This document shows, one piece after another, positions 32,733-45,047 of a stretch of 64,000 nucleotides of DNA. A model generated the notes under the pieces. That model did not search any database. It was not told where the DNA came from and saw only the letters and a list, made by a program, of their open reading frames with translations. Position 1 is the stretch's first letter, and every line of letters begins with the position of its first letter. The stretch is taken from assembly GCA_963845515.1 (NCBI GenBank), contig CAWJSR010000002.1, forward strand, positions 144,555 to 208,554, given 5' to 3'. The position numbers and the translations under genes were made by a program. The stretch comes from an uncultured delta proteobacterium. GTDB taxonomy: Bacteria > Myxococcota > Myxococcia > Myxococcales > Anaeromyxobacteraceae.

Positions 32733-35360
32733 CTACCCGCGCGCTTCCTTGAACCACCTCGGACCGTAATGCTGCGCCAGCGCCGCGGCGCCGCCCATCT
32801 CTTCGCACAGCTCCCAGACCACGACGTCGCCCAGCCCCTTGAAGGCGGCGCGCCCGACGCGGCGGTACAGCTCTGCGAGCCGGCCGCCGCCCCCGAAGCA
32901 GGCGACGAGGTTGAGCGGGTCGGTTCCGTAGTACCAGCGAGCGCGGAGCTCCGCGGGGAGCGCATCGGGCGCGAGGTCCACGCGCCGCACGACGCGGGCG
33001 TCTGCGACCTCGGCCAGCCAGGACTGGAGGGACTCCTCCGAGACCGCGATGCCGCTGTTGTAGATGTCCCCGGCCGCGTCCCCCTCGACCCTGGCCGCGA
33101 CCTCGAGCGCGGCGCGGACCGGCGCGGCGAGGTGGCGCATCGCCCCCTGTGGATCGCCCCCTGCGAACGCGCGGAGCGCGGCCGCCTCGGGGCCTGGCGG
33201 GATCGAGATGGCGAGCGGCTGGCCGATGAAGACTCGCCAGGCGTGGTCCATCGCCGGGGCGCCGCGGGCCTTGCGCTCCGCGGCCAGCTCCGCGTCGGCG
33301 CGCGCCCGGGCGGCGCCGTTCCTGGCCGTCCCGCGGGCCGACTCGTTGATCTTGTCGGCGATGGCCACGCGCTGACGGCCAAAGACCTCGTCGTCGATCG
33401 CCACGACCAGCGGAGCCGGCCCGAAGCTCACGAAGATCCCCGCGCTGATCGCCTCGCCGCGGGCGCGGGCGAGCGCCTTGTCGCGCTCCTCGGTCATCCT
33501 TGCCTCGTCGTCGTTGGCGCGGGCGAGCCGGTACTGCGCCGCCGCCAGCTGCGGAGACCCGGCCGCCGCGGCCGCCGCCGCGCCCCTCGCCTCGGCGATC
33601 GCGCGGGCCGCCGCCGCGAGGGGGGCCGCGTGCTCGCGCTCGATCGCCTCCAGCCGCTTCGCGAGCACCTCGCTGGAGATCTCCCGCTGCAGCCGGGCGG
33701 CGTAGGCCGCGAAGTGGCGCCGGACGTCGCGCGCCATCCCCACCATCGTCTCGATCCGGCCGGAGAAGCTGATGGCGTCGCCGATGAGGTTGTTGACCGT
33801 CACCCCGCCGCGGTCCGAGAGGTGGCTCGCGCCGCCGAAGTGCTCCTTCGCCAGGGCGAGGATGGGGACGAAGAACTCCCGTCGCAGCAGCTCCGCCATG
33901 GACGCCTGCCCGAGGAGCGAGGTGCGCCGCGTGAAGTCCTTGATGTCGGCGAAGAGGTGCCCGACATCCCGCTCCACCGACGTGCACCGGATCGGGCCGG
34001 GCTGCGCCGAGATGCGGTAGAGCCTCCCGGCCTCCCACTCCACGTCGGCCCCACCCTCCGCCTCCTCGCCGGTCCGGAATGCCAGCGCCTTTCGGGCGGC
34101 GGAGACGTGTCTCTCGAGCGCGACATCGCAGAGGAGCGCAGCGGCGGCATACGCATACGCGGCCCTCGCCTCGTCGCGCCGGAGCCCGAACGGCGCAGCG
34201 GGCTCCCGCCCCCTCCAGCCCTTGAGCGCGCGGACCGCCTGCTCCAGCGCCGCGCCCACCTCGCCGCCGAGGCCGATCGAGGCGAGCTCGCCCGCGAGCT
34301 CCTTCCGAGCGCCGTCCTCGGCCAGGGCCGCCGCCAGTGACCCCGGGGCCGCGAGCCGCTCCTCGAGCCGGCCGACCGCGTCCACCTGCCCAGCCGCCTC
34401 CGCAGCGACGACGGCGCCTACCAGGAGCTCGCGGAGCCGCGCCACGGCGACCGCGCCCTCGGCGCGGCGAGCCAGCTCCTCCTCCGCCCCGAGCGCCGCG
34501 GCGAGGTCGCCCACCACCGCGTCGACGTCCGCGCCCGCGGCCAACCGCGCCGCCAGGTCGTCCGAGCGGGGGATTCCAGCCGTCAGCTCGCACCCGTAGA
34601 GGGTCGCGCCGCTGCCGAGGAAGCCGGCGCGCCCCCCCAGCAGCGCCCCCGGCGCGAGCGCCGCCTCGATCCGGAGCAGGAGGGGGTCGTCCGCCTTCCG
34701 TCCCGCGTCCCGCCACGCCCGCGCGAGCCCGGTCCGCGCCGCGATCCAGAGCGCACCCTGCGCCGCTCCGCGGAGGTATCGATCGAGCGGAGGCCCGGGG
34801 AGGACGTCGCGCAGCTCCGGCTCGACGGCCTGCAGCTCGGCAGACATGGCGAGCGCCACGAGGAGCGGCGTCTCCTCCTTGCCGCCGGTCTCGGACATCT
34901 CCTCGAAGGCCCGCTTCCAGAGCGCGATGAGCAGCGCCGCCAGGGCGTTGCCCTTCCCACCGCGACCGAGCCACGCGGTGGCGAGCCCGCCGGTGAGCGC
35001 AGGGTGGACCACCGTGGCCAGCTGGGCCGCTCCGCGGAGGTCCGGGCCGCCCGCTGACGGACCGTAGCGCGGCTCCACCGCCGGCAGGCGCGCGTAGCCC
35101 TCCCGGACGATGAGCCTGTCCCGCTCGTCCTCCGGCACGAACCGGTGGTGGGTGCCGAGGAGGAGCGCGATCTCCGCCGCCGCGGCCCGCACGATGGAGC
35201 GGGCGTCGGGAGCGATCCGGATGGGGACCGCGAAGTCGGCGAGCGACGTGCCCAGGTGGAAGCGCACGGACTCCGGATCGATCCTGAGGAAGCCGGCGGG
35301 CTCCCTCCGCGCTGCGGCGTGGATCTCGAAGCGGCGGGCGGCGAGCGGTGATGGCACCAC
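32733..35360 (-). CDS. Large protein with a C-terminal class III nucleotidyl-cyclase-like domain
   Basis: FADIKDFT, LIGDAI, INESAR, AVSEE, FKGLG motifs in canonical order. Confidence 0.6.
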   Translation of the reverse strand: MVPSPLAARRFEIHAAARREPAGFLRIDPESVRFHLGTSLADFAVPIRIAPDARSIVRAAAAEIALLLGTHHRFVPEDERDRLIVREGYARLPAVEPRYGPSAGGPDLRGAAQLATVVHPALTGGLATAWLGRGGKGNALAALLIALWKRAFEEMSETGGKEETPLLVALAMSAELQAVEPELRDVLPGPPLDRYLRGAAQGALWIAARTGLARAWRDAGRKADDPLLLRIEAALAPGALLGGRAGFLGSGATLYGCELTAGIPRSDDLAARLAAGADVDAVVGDLAAALGAEEELARRAEGAVAVARLRELLVGAVVAAEAAGQVDAVGRLEERLAAPGSLAAALAEDGARKELAGELASIGLGGEVGAALEQAVRALKGWRGREPAAPFGLRRDEARAAYAYAAAALLCDVALERHVSAARKALAFRTGEEAEGGADVEWEAGRLYRISAQPGPIRCTSVERDVGHLFADIKDFTRRTSLLGQASMAELLRREFFVPILALAKEHFGGASHLSDRGGVTVNNLIGDAISFSGRIETMVGMARDVRRHFAAYAARLQREISSEVLAKRLEAIEREHAAPLAAAARAIAEARGAAAAAAAGSPQLAAAQYRLARANDDEARMTEERDKALARARGEAISAGIFVSFGPAPLVVAIDDEVFGRQRVAIADKINESARGTARNGAARARADAELAAERKARGAPAMDHAWRVFIGQPLAISIPPGPEAAALRAFAGGDPQGAMRHLAAPVRAALEVAARVEGDAAGDIYNSGIAVSEESLQSWLAEVADARVVRRVDLAPDALPAELRARWYYGTDPLNLVACFGGGGRLAELYRRVGRAAFKGLGDVVVWELCEEMGGAAALAQHYGPRWFKEARG

Positions 35361-35489
35361 CTCACATCATGCCGCCCGGGTGGCGGCGCGGGCAACCTGG
35401 CCCTCCCCCACCAACGGGTTGGAGTCGCTCCGAAAAACGGATACTGGCTTGCGATCCGTCGCCGTCGGCGGTAATCAATTTCGCTCCAA

Positions 35490-35885
35490 ATGCGCCGGTC
35501 CATCTTCAAGTCCAAGATCCATCGCGCCACCGTCACCCAGGCGGACCTCGACTACGAGGGGTCCGTCACGATCGACGAGGGGCTGATGGAGGCCGCGAAC
35601 ATCTGGGACTACGAGCTGGTCCACATCTGGAACATCACCCGCGGGACCCGGCTGCAGACCTATGCCATCCGCGGGGAGCGCGGCTCCGGGGTCATCTGCA
35701 TCAACGGAGCCGCTGCGCACCTCATGAAGCCCAAGGACATGGTGATCATCGCCACGTTCGCCGAGATGGATGAGGCCGAGGCGCGCGCATTCAAACCCAC
35801 CGTGGTCCTGGTCGACGCCGAGAACAAGGCGGTCGACAAGGGCCTGGTCGAGATCCCGGGCCCAGCCCGTCGGGTGACTGCATGA
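35490..35885 (+). CDS. panD: Aspartate 1-decarboxylase
   Basis: [17 protein letters not shown] self-cleavage site; TYAI; INGAAA; candidate promoter TTGCGA-17-TAATCA at 35449-35477. Confidence 0.95.
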   Translation: MRRSIFKSKIHRATVTQADLDYEGSVTIDEGLMEAANIWDYELVHIWNITRGTRLQTYAIRGERGSGVICINGAAAHLMKPKDMVIIATFAEMDEAEARAFKPTVVLVDAENKAVDKGLVEIPGPARRVTA

Positions 35886-35897
35886 CGGTGCTACTTT

Positions 35898-37400
35898 GGC
35901 TCGCCTGAACTGACCTTCCAGCCCGATCTCCCGGCGTTCCTGAAGCTCTGCAAGCCTGGCCGCGCCGTCCCGGTCCGCGTCGAGATCGACGCCGACACCG
36001 AGACGCCGGTCTCCGCGTTCCTGAAGATCTCGCGCGGAGAGCGCCACGCGTTCCTGCTCGAGTCGGTCGAGGGCGGGGAGCGCAGCGCGCGCTTCACCTT
36101 CCTCGGCGCCGGTCCGCGCCACGTCGTGCAGTGGAAGCACGGCGATCCGGGCGATCCGATCGACGCGATCCGCGGGCTGCTCTCGAGCCACGCGACCGTG
36201 CGCGTGCCCGGCACGCCGCCCTTCTCCGGCGGGCTGGTCGGGCACGTCGCGTGGGACGCCGTCCGGCGGTTCGAGCCGCGAGTGCCCATCGCCAAGGCGG
36301 ACGAGCTCGGCTTCCCTGACGTCCTCCTGGGCGACTATGACGAGGTCGTGGCGTTCGACAACCGGCGCCACTCCCTGCACCTGGTCTGCGAGGTGCGCTG
36401 CGGGCCGAAGGACGATCCGAGGGCGCTCTACGCGAAGGCGGTCCGCAGGCTCCAGGCGCGGCTGCGGCTGCTGCGGCGCCCCCTCGTCGATCGGCGCCAC
36501 CGCCCGTCGAACGGGGCGGCGCGGCTCGTCCCGCGCGTCGGTCGGCGCGAGTTCGAGGCCGCCGTGGCGCGCGCCAAGGAGTACATCACCGCCGGCGACT
36601 GCCAGCAGATCGTCCTCTCGCAGCGCTTCGACGCGAAGACGAGGCTGCCGCCCTTCGAGATCTACCGGGCCCTGCGCCGGGTGAACCCGTCGCCCTACCT
36701 CTTCTACGTCCAGGACGGGGACCGGGCGCTCGTGGGCTCCTCGCCGGAGACGCTGATCAAGCTGGCCGACGGCGAGGTGACGCTCCGTCCCATCGCCGGC
36801 ACGCGCAAGCGCGGCGTCGACGCCGCGGAGGACGCGCAGCTCGAGGCAGAGCTGCGCGCCGACCCGAAGGAGAACGCCGAGCACGTGATGCTGGTGGATC
36901 TCGGCCGCAACGACGTGGGGCGCGTCTCGGCCGTCGGCTCCGTGGCGGTCACCGCCTTCAAGACGGTGGAGCGCTACTCCCACGTGATGCACCTGGTCTC
37001 GGAGGTGCGCGGCAAGCTCGCGCCGGGGCTCGACGCCGTCGACGTGCTCCGGGGCGGCTTCCCGGCCGGGACCGTGAGCGGCTCCCCGAAGGTCCGGGCG
37101 ATGGAGATCATCGACGAGCTGGAGCCCGCGCGGCGGGGGCCCTACGCGGGCGCCGTCGGCTACTTCGATCGCGGCGGCAACATGGACATGGCCATCGCCA
37201 TCCGGACGCTGATGGCGAGCGCCGGCCGGATCTCGGTGCAGTCCGGCGCGGGCATCGTCTACGACTCCGACCCGGCGACCGAGTACGTGGAGACGGTCAA
37301 CAAGGCGCGCGCCGTCTTCACCGCCGTCGCCCAGGCCGAGGCCCGCTCGCTCGACGCGGTCGCGCCGCTCCCCGCGACGCAGAACAGGAGGCGGCGATGA
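35898..37400 (+). CDS. trpE: Anthranilate synthase component I (5' start unresolved)
   Basis: Frame open from 35886 with [19 protein letters not shown] upstream of the ORF-track start 36126; [32 protein letters not shown]. Confidence 0.9.
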   Translation, partial: GSPELTFQPDLPAFLKLCKPGRAVPVRVEIDADTETPVSAFLKISRGERHAFLLESVEGGERSARFTFLGAGPRHVVQWKHGDPGDPIDAIRGLLSSHATVRVPGTPPFSGGLVGHVAWDAVRRFEPRVPIAKADELGFPDVLLGDYDEVVAFDNRRHSLHLVCEVRCGPKDDPRALYAKAVRRLQARLRLLRRPLVDRRHRPSNGAARLVPRVGRREFEAAVARAKEYITAGDCQQIVLSQRFDAKTRLPPFEIYRALRRVNPSPYLFYVQDGDRALVGSSPETLIKLADGEVTLRPIAGTRKRGVDAAEDAQLEAELRADPKENAEHVMLVDLGRNDVGRVSAVGSVAVTAFKTVERYSHVMHLVSEVRGKLAPGLDAVDVLRGGFPAGTVSGSPKVRAMEIIDELEPARRGPYAGAVGYFDRGGNMDMAIAIRTLMASAGRISVQSGAGIVYDSDPATEYVETVNKARAVFTAVAQAEARSLDAVAPLPATQNRRRR

Positions 37401-38032
37401 GCGCCACCTACGTCAAGGCGGGCGCGGGACCCGAGGTCAGGCGCGTCCTGCTGGTCGACAACTACGACTCGTTCACGTTCAACGTGGTGCAGTACCTCGG
37501 CGAGCTGGGGGCGCACGTCACGGTCTTCCGGAACGACGAGATCGACGTCGCCGGCATCCGCGCCTTCCTGCCGGACGGGCTCGTCCTGTCGCCGGGCCCG
37601 TGCACGCCGGACGAGGCGGGCGTGACGCTCGCCGCCGTCCGCGAGCTCTCCGGCCAGCTGCCGATCCTGGGGGTCTGCCTCGGCCACCAGGCGATCGGCC
37701 AGGCCTTCGGCGCCAAGGTGGTCCGCAACGTGCGGATCGTCCACGGCAAGTCGAGCCCGGTACACCACGACGGCAAGGGGGTCTTCGCGGGGCTCCCCAA
37801 CCCGTTCACGGCCGGCCGTTACCACTCGCTCGTCGTCGAGCGCGAGACGCTCCCGGCGGTCCTGGAGGTCACGGCCTGGACCGACGAGGGTGAGATAATG
37901 GGGCTCCGGCACCGGACCCACGACGTCGAGGGCGTGCAGTTCCATCCCGAGTCGATCCTGACCGAGGCTGGGAAGCCCCTCCTCGGCAACTGGCTGGCCA
38001 GGCTCGGCGCGAACAGGAGAGGGACACGATGA
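37397..38032 (+). CDS. trpG: Anthranilate synthase component II (glutamine amidotransferase)
   Basis: DNYDSFT, SPGP, GVCLGHQ, RYHSL, QFHPES. Confidence 0.93.
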   Translation: MSATYVKAGAGPEVRRVLLVDNYDSFTFNVVQYLGELGAHVTVFRNDEIDVAGIRAFLPDGLVLSPGPCTPDEAGVTLAAVRELSGQLPILGVCLGHQAIGQAFGAKVVRNVRIVHGKSSPVHHDGKGVFAGLPNPFTAGRYHSLVVERETLPAVLEVTAWTDEGEIMGLRHRTHDVEGVQFHPESILTEAGKPLLGNWLARLGANRRGTR

Positions 38033-39039
38033 TCCAGCAGGCGGTGGCGAAGCTGCTCGAGGGGCAGGGTCTCTCGCGGTCCGAGATGGCGCAGGTGATG
38101 ACGGAGATCGTCGACACGGAGGCGACGCCCGCGCAGGTGGGCGCGCTCCTGGCCGGGCTTCGGCTGAAGGGCGAGTCCGTGGAGGAGATCGCCGGCGCCG
38201 CCGACGTGCTCCGCGCGCGGGTGGACCCGATCCGCGTGGACAGGGAGATCTTCGTCGACACCTGCGGCACCGGCGGCGACGGCCGCGCCACCTTCAACAT
38301 CTCCACCACCGCGTCCTTCGTCGTGGCTGGCGCCGGCGTCACCGTCGCGAAGCACGGCAACCGCGCCGTCTCCTCCAAGTCGGGCTCCGCCGACGTCCTC
38401 GCCGCCCTCGGCGTCGACGTCGAGGCCGGCAAGGAGGTGGTCGAGCGCTGCATCTCCGAGGTCGGGATCGGCTTCCTCTTCGCGCCGCGGCTCCACCCCG
38501 CCTTCAAGGCGGTGGCCGGCATCCGGCGCGAGCTCGGCACGCGCACGATCTTCAACCTCCTCGGCCCGCTCGCCAACCCCGCAGGCGCGCGCTACCAGGT
38601 GATGGGCGTCTACGAGCCCCGGTGGGTCCCGATCATCGGCGGGGTCCTCGCGGCGCTCGGCACCCTCCACTCCTTCGTCGTCCACGGCGAGGGGCTCGAC
38701 GAGATCACCGTCACCGGGATGACGCACCTCTGCGAGGTGAAGGGCGGGGTGCTGGAGCGCTACTCCATCCTCCCGGAGGACATCGGGCTCGCACGCCACC
38801 CCGAGTCGGCCATCGTCGGCGGCGACGCCACGCTCAACGCCCGCATCCTGCGCGACGTGCTCTCGGGCCAGAAGGGGGCGCCGCGCGACGCGACGCTCGC
38901 CAACGCCGCGGCGGCGCTGGTCGCGGCCGAGGCCGCCCCCGACCTGCGCGCCGGGGTCCGGATCGCGGCCGAGTCGATCGACAGGGGCGCGGCCGCGGAG
39001 AAGCTCGCGCGGCTGGTCAAGGCGACGGCGAAGGCCTGA
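38029..39039 (+). CDS. trpD: Anthranilate phosphoribosyltransferase
   Basis: [31 protein letters not shown]. Confidence 0.95.
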   Translation: MIQQAVAKLLEGQGLSRSEMAQVMTEIVDTEATPAQVGALLAGLRLKGESVEEIAGAADVLRARVDPIRVDREIFVDTCGTGGDGRATFNISTTASFVVAGAGVTVAKHGNRAVSSKSGSADVLAALGVDVEAGKEVVERCISEVGIGFLFAPRLHPAFKAVAGIRRELGTRTIFNLLGPLANPAGARYQVMGVYEPRWVPIIGGVLAALGTLHSFVVHGEGLDEITVTGMTHLCEVKGGVLERYSILPEDIGLARHPESAIVGGDATLNARILRDVLSGQKGAPRDATLANAAAALVAAEAAPDLRAGVRIAAESIDRGAAAEKLARLVKATAKA

Positions 39040-39831
39040 TGACGATGCAGCCCGACTTCCTCGCGAAGATCATGGACCGAAAGGTGGACGAGGTGGCCGC
39101 GCGTCGCGCTGCCCTCCCGGACCGGGAGCTCGAGGCGCGCCTGAAGGACGCGGCGCCGCCGCTCGACTTCGAGGGGAGGCTCTCGCCGCGCGGCGGACCG
39201 GTGCGGATCATCGCCGAGGTCAAGCGCTCGAGCCCATCGGCCGGCCCGATCGACGCGGGGCTCGATGCTCCCGCGCAGGCGCGCCGGTACGCGGAGGCGG
39301 GCTGCGCCTGCATCTCCGTCCTCACCGACGGCCCCGGGTTCGGCGGTTCCCTCGACGACCTGGCGGCCGTCAGGAGTGCCGTGGCGGTCCCGCTGCTGCG
39401 AAAGGACTTCGTCCTCGACCGGTACCAGCTCCTCGAGGCGCGAGCCCACGGCGCGGACGCGGCGCTGCTCATCGTCGCGGCCATCTCCGCGGAGCTGCTC
39501 GGGCGGCTCCTCGACGACTGCCGCGCGCTCGGGCTCGCCGCGCTGGTCGAGACGCACGACGAGCGGGAGGCAGAGGCGGCGCTCCTGGCCGGCGCGACGA
39601 TCGTCGGCGTCAACAACAGGAACCTTCGCACCTTCGCGGTGGACCTGGCGACGTCGGAGCGGGTGCTGCCGCTCCTCCCGGGCGGCGGTGAAGGGGGTCG
39701 CCGAGAGCGGCGTCCGGACGCCGGGCGATGCGCTGAGGCTGCGCAGGGCGGGGGCCGCCAACCTCCTCGTCGGCGAGGCGCTCGTGCGCGCGAAGGATCC
39801 GGGGCAGCTCTTGCGGGAGATGACGGCGTGA
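39039..39831 (+). CDS. trpC: Indole-3-glycerol phosphate synthase (extra G near 39680)
   Basis: IAEVKRSSPS.G, LRKDF, GVNNRNL; shifted frame continues VAESG...LLVGEAL. Confidence 0.9.
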
Positions 39832-39853
39832 GCGTGAGTGACGCCAAGGGAAA

Positions 39854-39957
39854 GCACCTCTCCCCCGCCCCCGCGGGGGAGAGGCTGGGTGAGGGGGCTC
39901 TCCGCGGCAGCCTCCCCCTCATCCAGCTTCTCCCCCAATGGCTTGGGGGAGAAGTGC
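39854..39957. repeat. Inverted doublet of the REP/BoxC-like repeat between trpC and trpF
   Basis: CCTCTCCCCCGC-loop-GCGGGGGAGAGGCTGGGTGAGGGGG followed by near-inverse CCCCCTCATCCAGCTTCTCCCCCAA-loop-TTGGGGGAGAAG. Confidence 0.8.
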
Positions 39958-39985
39958 ATCGCCACGACCGCGAGGGGGCAGCCTG

Positions 39986-40609
39986 ATGGTCCGCGTGAAG
40001 ATCTGCGGCATCACCCGGCTCGAGGACGCGCTCGCGGCCGCGCGGGCCGGCGCCGACGCCCTCGGCTTCAACTTCTGGCCGCGGTCGAAGCGGTACCTCG
40101 ACCCGCGCGCCGCCGGCGAGATCATCGCGCACCTCCCGCCCTTCATCGCGGCCGTCGGCGTCTTCGTCGACCCCACTCGCGAGGAGGCGCTCCGGGCGGC
40201 GGCGCTGTCGGGCGTGCACTGGCTGCAGCTCCACGGCGACGAGCCGCCCGAGCTCTGCGCCTCGCTGACGCTCCCCGTGATCAAGGGGATCCGCGTCCAC
40301 GACCGCGCCTCGCTGGACGCCCTCGCCGAGTACGACGTCGCCGGCTTCCTGCTCGACACCGACACGCCTGGGTACGGTGGGAGCGGCACCACCTTCGACT
40401 GGACGCTCGCGGCCGAGGGCGCCCGCCGCGCGCCGATCGTCCTCGCCGGCGGCCTCACCCCCGAGAACGTCGCCGACGCGGTCAGGCAGGTCCGGCCGTG
40501 GGCGGTGGACGTCGCCAGCGGGGTCGAGAGCGCCCCCGGCGTGAAGGATCACGAGAAGACCGCGCGGTTCATCCGCGAGGCAAAGGGCCTGAAGGAGAAG
40601 AACCGATGA
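39986..40609 (+). CDS. trpF: Phosphoribosylanthranilate isomerase
   Basis: VKICGIT, QLHGDE, GGSG.TFDW, LAGGL, DVASGVE. Confidence 0.95.
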   Translation: MVRVKICGITRLEDALAAARAGADALGFNFWPRSKRYLDPRAAGEIIAHLPPFIAAVGVFVDPTREEALRAAALSGVHWLQLHGDEPPELCASLTLPVIKGIRVHDRASLDALAEYDVAGFLLDTDTPGYGGSGTTFDWTLAAEGARRAPIVLAGGLTPENVADAVRQVRPWAVDVASGVESAPGVKDHEKTARFIREAKGLKEKNR

Positions 40610-41859
40610 GCGGAGCTCCCCTCCCCGACGAGCGCGGCCGGTACGGCACGTTCGGCGGACGGTACGTCCCCGAGACGCTGGTCCCCGCGCTGCTGGAGCT
40701 GGAGCAGGCGTGGCGCACCGCCCGGGCCGACCCTGCCTTCGACGCCGAGCTGAACGAGCTGCTCGAGCGGTACGCCGGGCGGGAGACGCCGCTCAGCGAG
40801 GCGCGCCGGATGAGCGCAGACGCGGGCGGCTGCCGCGTGCTGCTCAAGCGCGAGGATCTCTGCCACACCGGCTCGCACAAGCTGAACAACACGCTCGGCC
40901 AGATCCTCCTCGCCAGGCGGATGGGGAAGAAGCGGATCATCGCGGAGACGGGCGCGGGGCAGCACGGCGTCGCCACCGCCACCGCGGCGGCCCTGTTCGG
41001 CCTCCCGTGCGAGGTCTACCAGGGGGCCGTCGACGTCGAGCGGCAGGCGCTCAACGTCTTCCGGATGCAGCTCCTCGGGGCGCGGGTCATCCCGGTGACC
41101 TCCGGCTCGGCCACGCTCAAGGACGCGATGAACGAGGCCCTGCGCGACTGGGTGACCAACGTCCGCGACACCCACTACATCATCGGCTCCGTCGCGGGTC
41201 CGCACCCCTACCCGGCGATGGTCCGCGACTTCCAGTCGGTGATCGGGCGCGAGGCCCGGCGGCAGGTGCTGGAGGTCGCCGGCCGGCTCCCCGACGCGAT
41301 CGTCGCGTGCGTCGGCGGCGGCTCGAACGCGATGGGGATCTTCTCCGCCTTCATCGACGACCCGTCGGTGAAGCTCGTGGCCGTCGAGGCGGCGGGGCAC
41401 GGGCTGACCTCGGGGAAGCACGGCGCGTCGCTCGCGAAGGGGCGGCCGGGCGTGCTCCACGGCTCGCGCAGCTTCGTCCTCCAGGACGCCGACGGCCAGA
41501 TCGCCGAGGCCCACTCGATCAGCGCCGGGCTCGACTACCCGGGCGTCGGGCCCGAGCTGGCGTACCTCAAGGACAGCGGCCGGCTGACGCTGATGCAGGC
41601 GACGGACGTGGAGGCGCTCGACGCCTTCCAGTACTTGTCGCGCACCGAGGGGATCATCCCGGCGCTCGAGAGCGCGCACGCCGTCTCCGCGGCGCGGAAG
41701 GTGGCGAGGCAGCTTGGCCGGGACGGGCTGGTGATCGTCAACGTCTCCGGAAGAGGCGACAAGGACGTGGAGCAGGTGCGCCGGATGCTCGCCGCCCCGC
41801 CGAGGCGCGAGGCGAAGCGGCCGGCTGCGACGAAGAAGCGGAAGGGGGCGGGGCGGTGA
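40606..41859 (+). CDS. trpB: Tryptophan synthase beta chain
   Basis: [48 protein letters not shown]. Confidence 0.97.
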   Translation: MSGAPLPDERGRYGTFGGRYVPETLVPALLELEQAWRTARADPAFDAELNELLERYAGRETPLSEARRMSADAGGCRVLLKREDLCHTGSHKLNNTLGQILLARRMGKKRIIAETGAGQHGVATATAAALFGLPCEVYQGAVDVERQALNVFRMQLLGARVIPVTSGSATLKDAMNEALRDWVTNVRDTHYIIGSVAGPHPYPAMVRDFQSVIGREARRQVLEVAGRLPDAIVACVGGGSNAMGIFSAFIDDPSVKLVAVEAAGHGLTSGKHGASLAKGRPGVLHGSRSFVLQDADGQIAEAHSISAGLDYPGVGPELAYLKDSGRLTLMQATDVEALDAFQYLSRTEGIIPALESAHAVSAARKVARQLGRDGLVIVNVSGRGDKDVEQVRRMLAAPPRREAKRPAATKKRKGAGR

Positions 41860-42683
41860 GCGCGAAGAAGACGAAGTCACCCGGCGTGGACCGGATCGCG
41901 GCCTCCTTCTCACGCTGCTTCGCCGCCAGGGAGGCTGCGCTCGTCACCTACGTGATGGCGGGCGACCCCGACGTGGCGACGTCGAAGGCGATGGCGCTGG
42001 CGTGCGTGGAGGGCGGCGCCGATCTCATCGAGATCGGAATCCCCTTCTCCGACCCCATCGCCGACGGCCCGACCATCCAGAAGGCCGCAGAGCGCGCGCT
42101 CGCGGCCGGGACGAGGCTCGCCGACGTGCTGGAGGTGGCGGCGGCGGTGAGGGCCAGGAGCGACGTCCCGATCGCGCTGATGGGCTACCTCAACCCCGTG
42201 CACAGCCGCGGCCTCGACCGCTTCGTCGACGACTGCGTCCGCGCCGGCGTGGACGCGCTCATCATCCCGGACCTCCTCCCCGAGGAGGCGGGCGAGCTGC
42301 TGTCGCTCGCGACGCCCCGCGGCCTCAAGGTGGTCTTCCTGGTGGCGCCGACCTCCGGCCCCGACCGGATCGAGGCGGCGGCGCACGCGGCCACCGGCTT
42401 CCTCTACTTCGTCTCGGTGACCGGCGTGACCGGCGCCCGCAAGGCGCTCCCGACCGAGATCGGCCCGCAGGTGGCCGCGGTCCGGGCCGCGAGCAAGGTC
42501 CCGGTCGTCATCGGCTTCGGCGTCTCGACCCCGGAGCAGGCCCGCTCGCTCGGAGGGCTCGCCGACGGCGTCGTCGTCGGCAGCGCCATCGTGAACCGGA
42601 TCGCCGAGGGGGGCTCGCGCAAGGCGCGGGCGGACCGCGTTCGGAAGTTCGTGAAGTCGCTCAAGAAGGCGCTGGGCCGGTAG
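41856..42683 (+). CDS. trpA: Tryptophan synthase alpha chain
   Basis: [37 protein letters not shown]. Confidence 0.96.
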   Translation: MSAKKTKSPGVDRIAASFSRCFAAREAALVTYVMAGDPDVATSKAMALACVEGGADLIEIGIPFSDPIADGPTIQKAAERALAAGTRLADVLEVAAAVRARSDVPIALMGYLNPVHSRGLDRFVDDCVRAGVDALIIPDLLPEEAGELLSLATPRGLKVVFLVAPTSGPDRIEAAAHAATGFLYFVSVTGVTGARKALPTEIGPQVAAVRAASKVPVVIGFGVSTPEQARSLGGLADGVVVGSAIVNRIAEGGSRKARADRVRKFVKSLKKALGR

Positions 42684-42689
42684 CTCCCG

Positions 42690-43319
42690 ATGAACGCGCT
42701 CATGGTGGTCCTCGATCTGCTGGGGACGTTCGTCTTCGCGCTCAGCGGCGCCACCGCCGGGGTGAAGCACAGGCTGGATCTCTTCGGCGTCCTCGTCCTC
42801 TCCTTCGCGGCCGGGAACTCCGGCGGGATCGCGCGCGACGTCCTGATCGGCGCCGTCCCTCCGGCCGGCCTCGCCGACTGGCGCTACCTCGCGGTCTGCG
42901 CGGCCGCCGGCCTCGTCACGTTCTACTGGCACCCGATCGTGGACAGGATGCGCAGCCCCGTGCTGGTCTTCGACGCCGCAGGGCTCGCCCTCTTCGCCGT
43001 CGCCGGGACGCACAAGGCGCTCTCCTTCGGCCTGGGCCCCGTCCCGGCGGTCCTCCTGGGCGTGCTCACGGGGACCGGCGGCGGGATGGTGCGGGACGTG
43101 CTGGTCTCGGAGGTCCCGGCCGTGCTGCGCGCCGAGATCTACGCGGTCGCCGCGCTGGCCGGCGGCGCGGTCGTGGTGCTCGGCGCCGCGCTCGGGCTGC
43201 CGTCGCCGGTGGCGATGGGGGCCGGCGCGGCCCTCTGCTTCGGGCTGCGCTACATGGCCATCCGGCACGGCTGGCAGCTGCCGGTCGCGCAGGCCACGCG
43301 CCGCGCTGCGCCGCCCTAG
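42690..43319 (+). CDS. Trimeric intracellular cation channel / UPF0126 membrane protein
   Basis: Two GG..RDVL repeats; G..VFALSG; DA.GL..F. Confidence 0.85.
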   Translation: MNALMVVLDLLGTFVFALSGATAGVKHRLDLFGVLVLSFAAGNSGGIARDVLIGAVPPAGLADWRYLAVCAAAGLVTFYWHPIVDRMRSPVLVFDAAGLALFAVAGTHKALSFGLGPVPAVLLGVLTGTGGGMVRDVLVSEVPAVLRAEIYAVAALAGGAVVVLGAALGLPSPVAMGAGAALCFGLRYMAIRHGWQLPVAQATRRAAPP

Positions 43320-43350
43320 GTTGCCGTGATCGGCGACGCGGAGGGCGCGG

Positions 43351-45033
<1,683 letters not shown>

Positions 45034-45047
45034 GACGGACCTCCCGC

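Noticed and set aside
35348..35489. Trp-containing ORF upstream of panD as the trp operon leader
   Set aside because: The Trp codons are far apart, the ORF runs 141 codons out of frame through panD, no attenuator stems are evident, and the likely promoter lies downstream of the Trp codons
39039..39831. trpC, scoAB and other broken genes as pseudogenes
   Set aside because: Small indels with intact motifs on both sides, within complete operons; consistent with consensus errors
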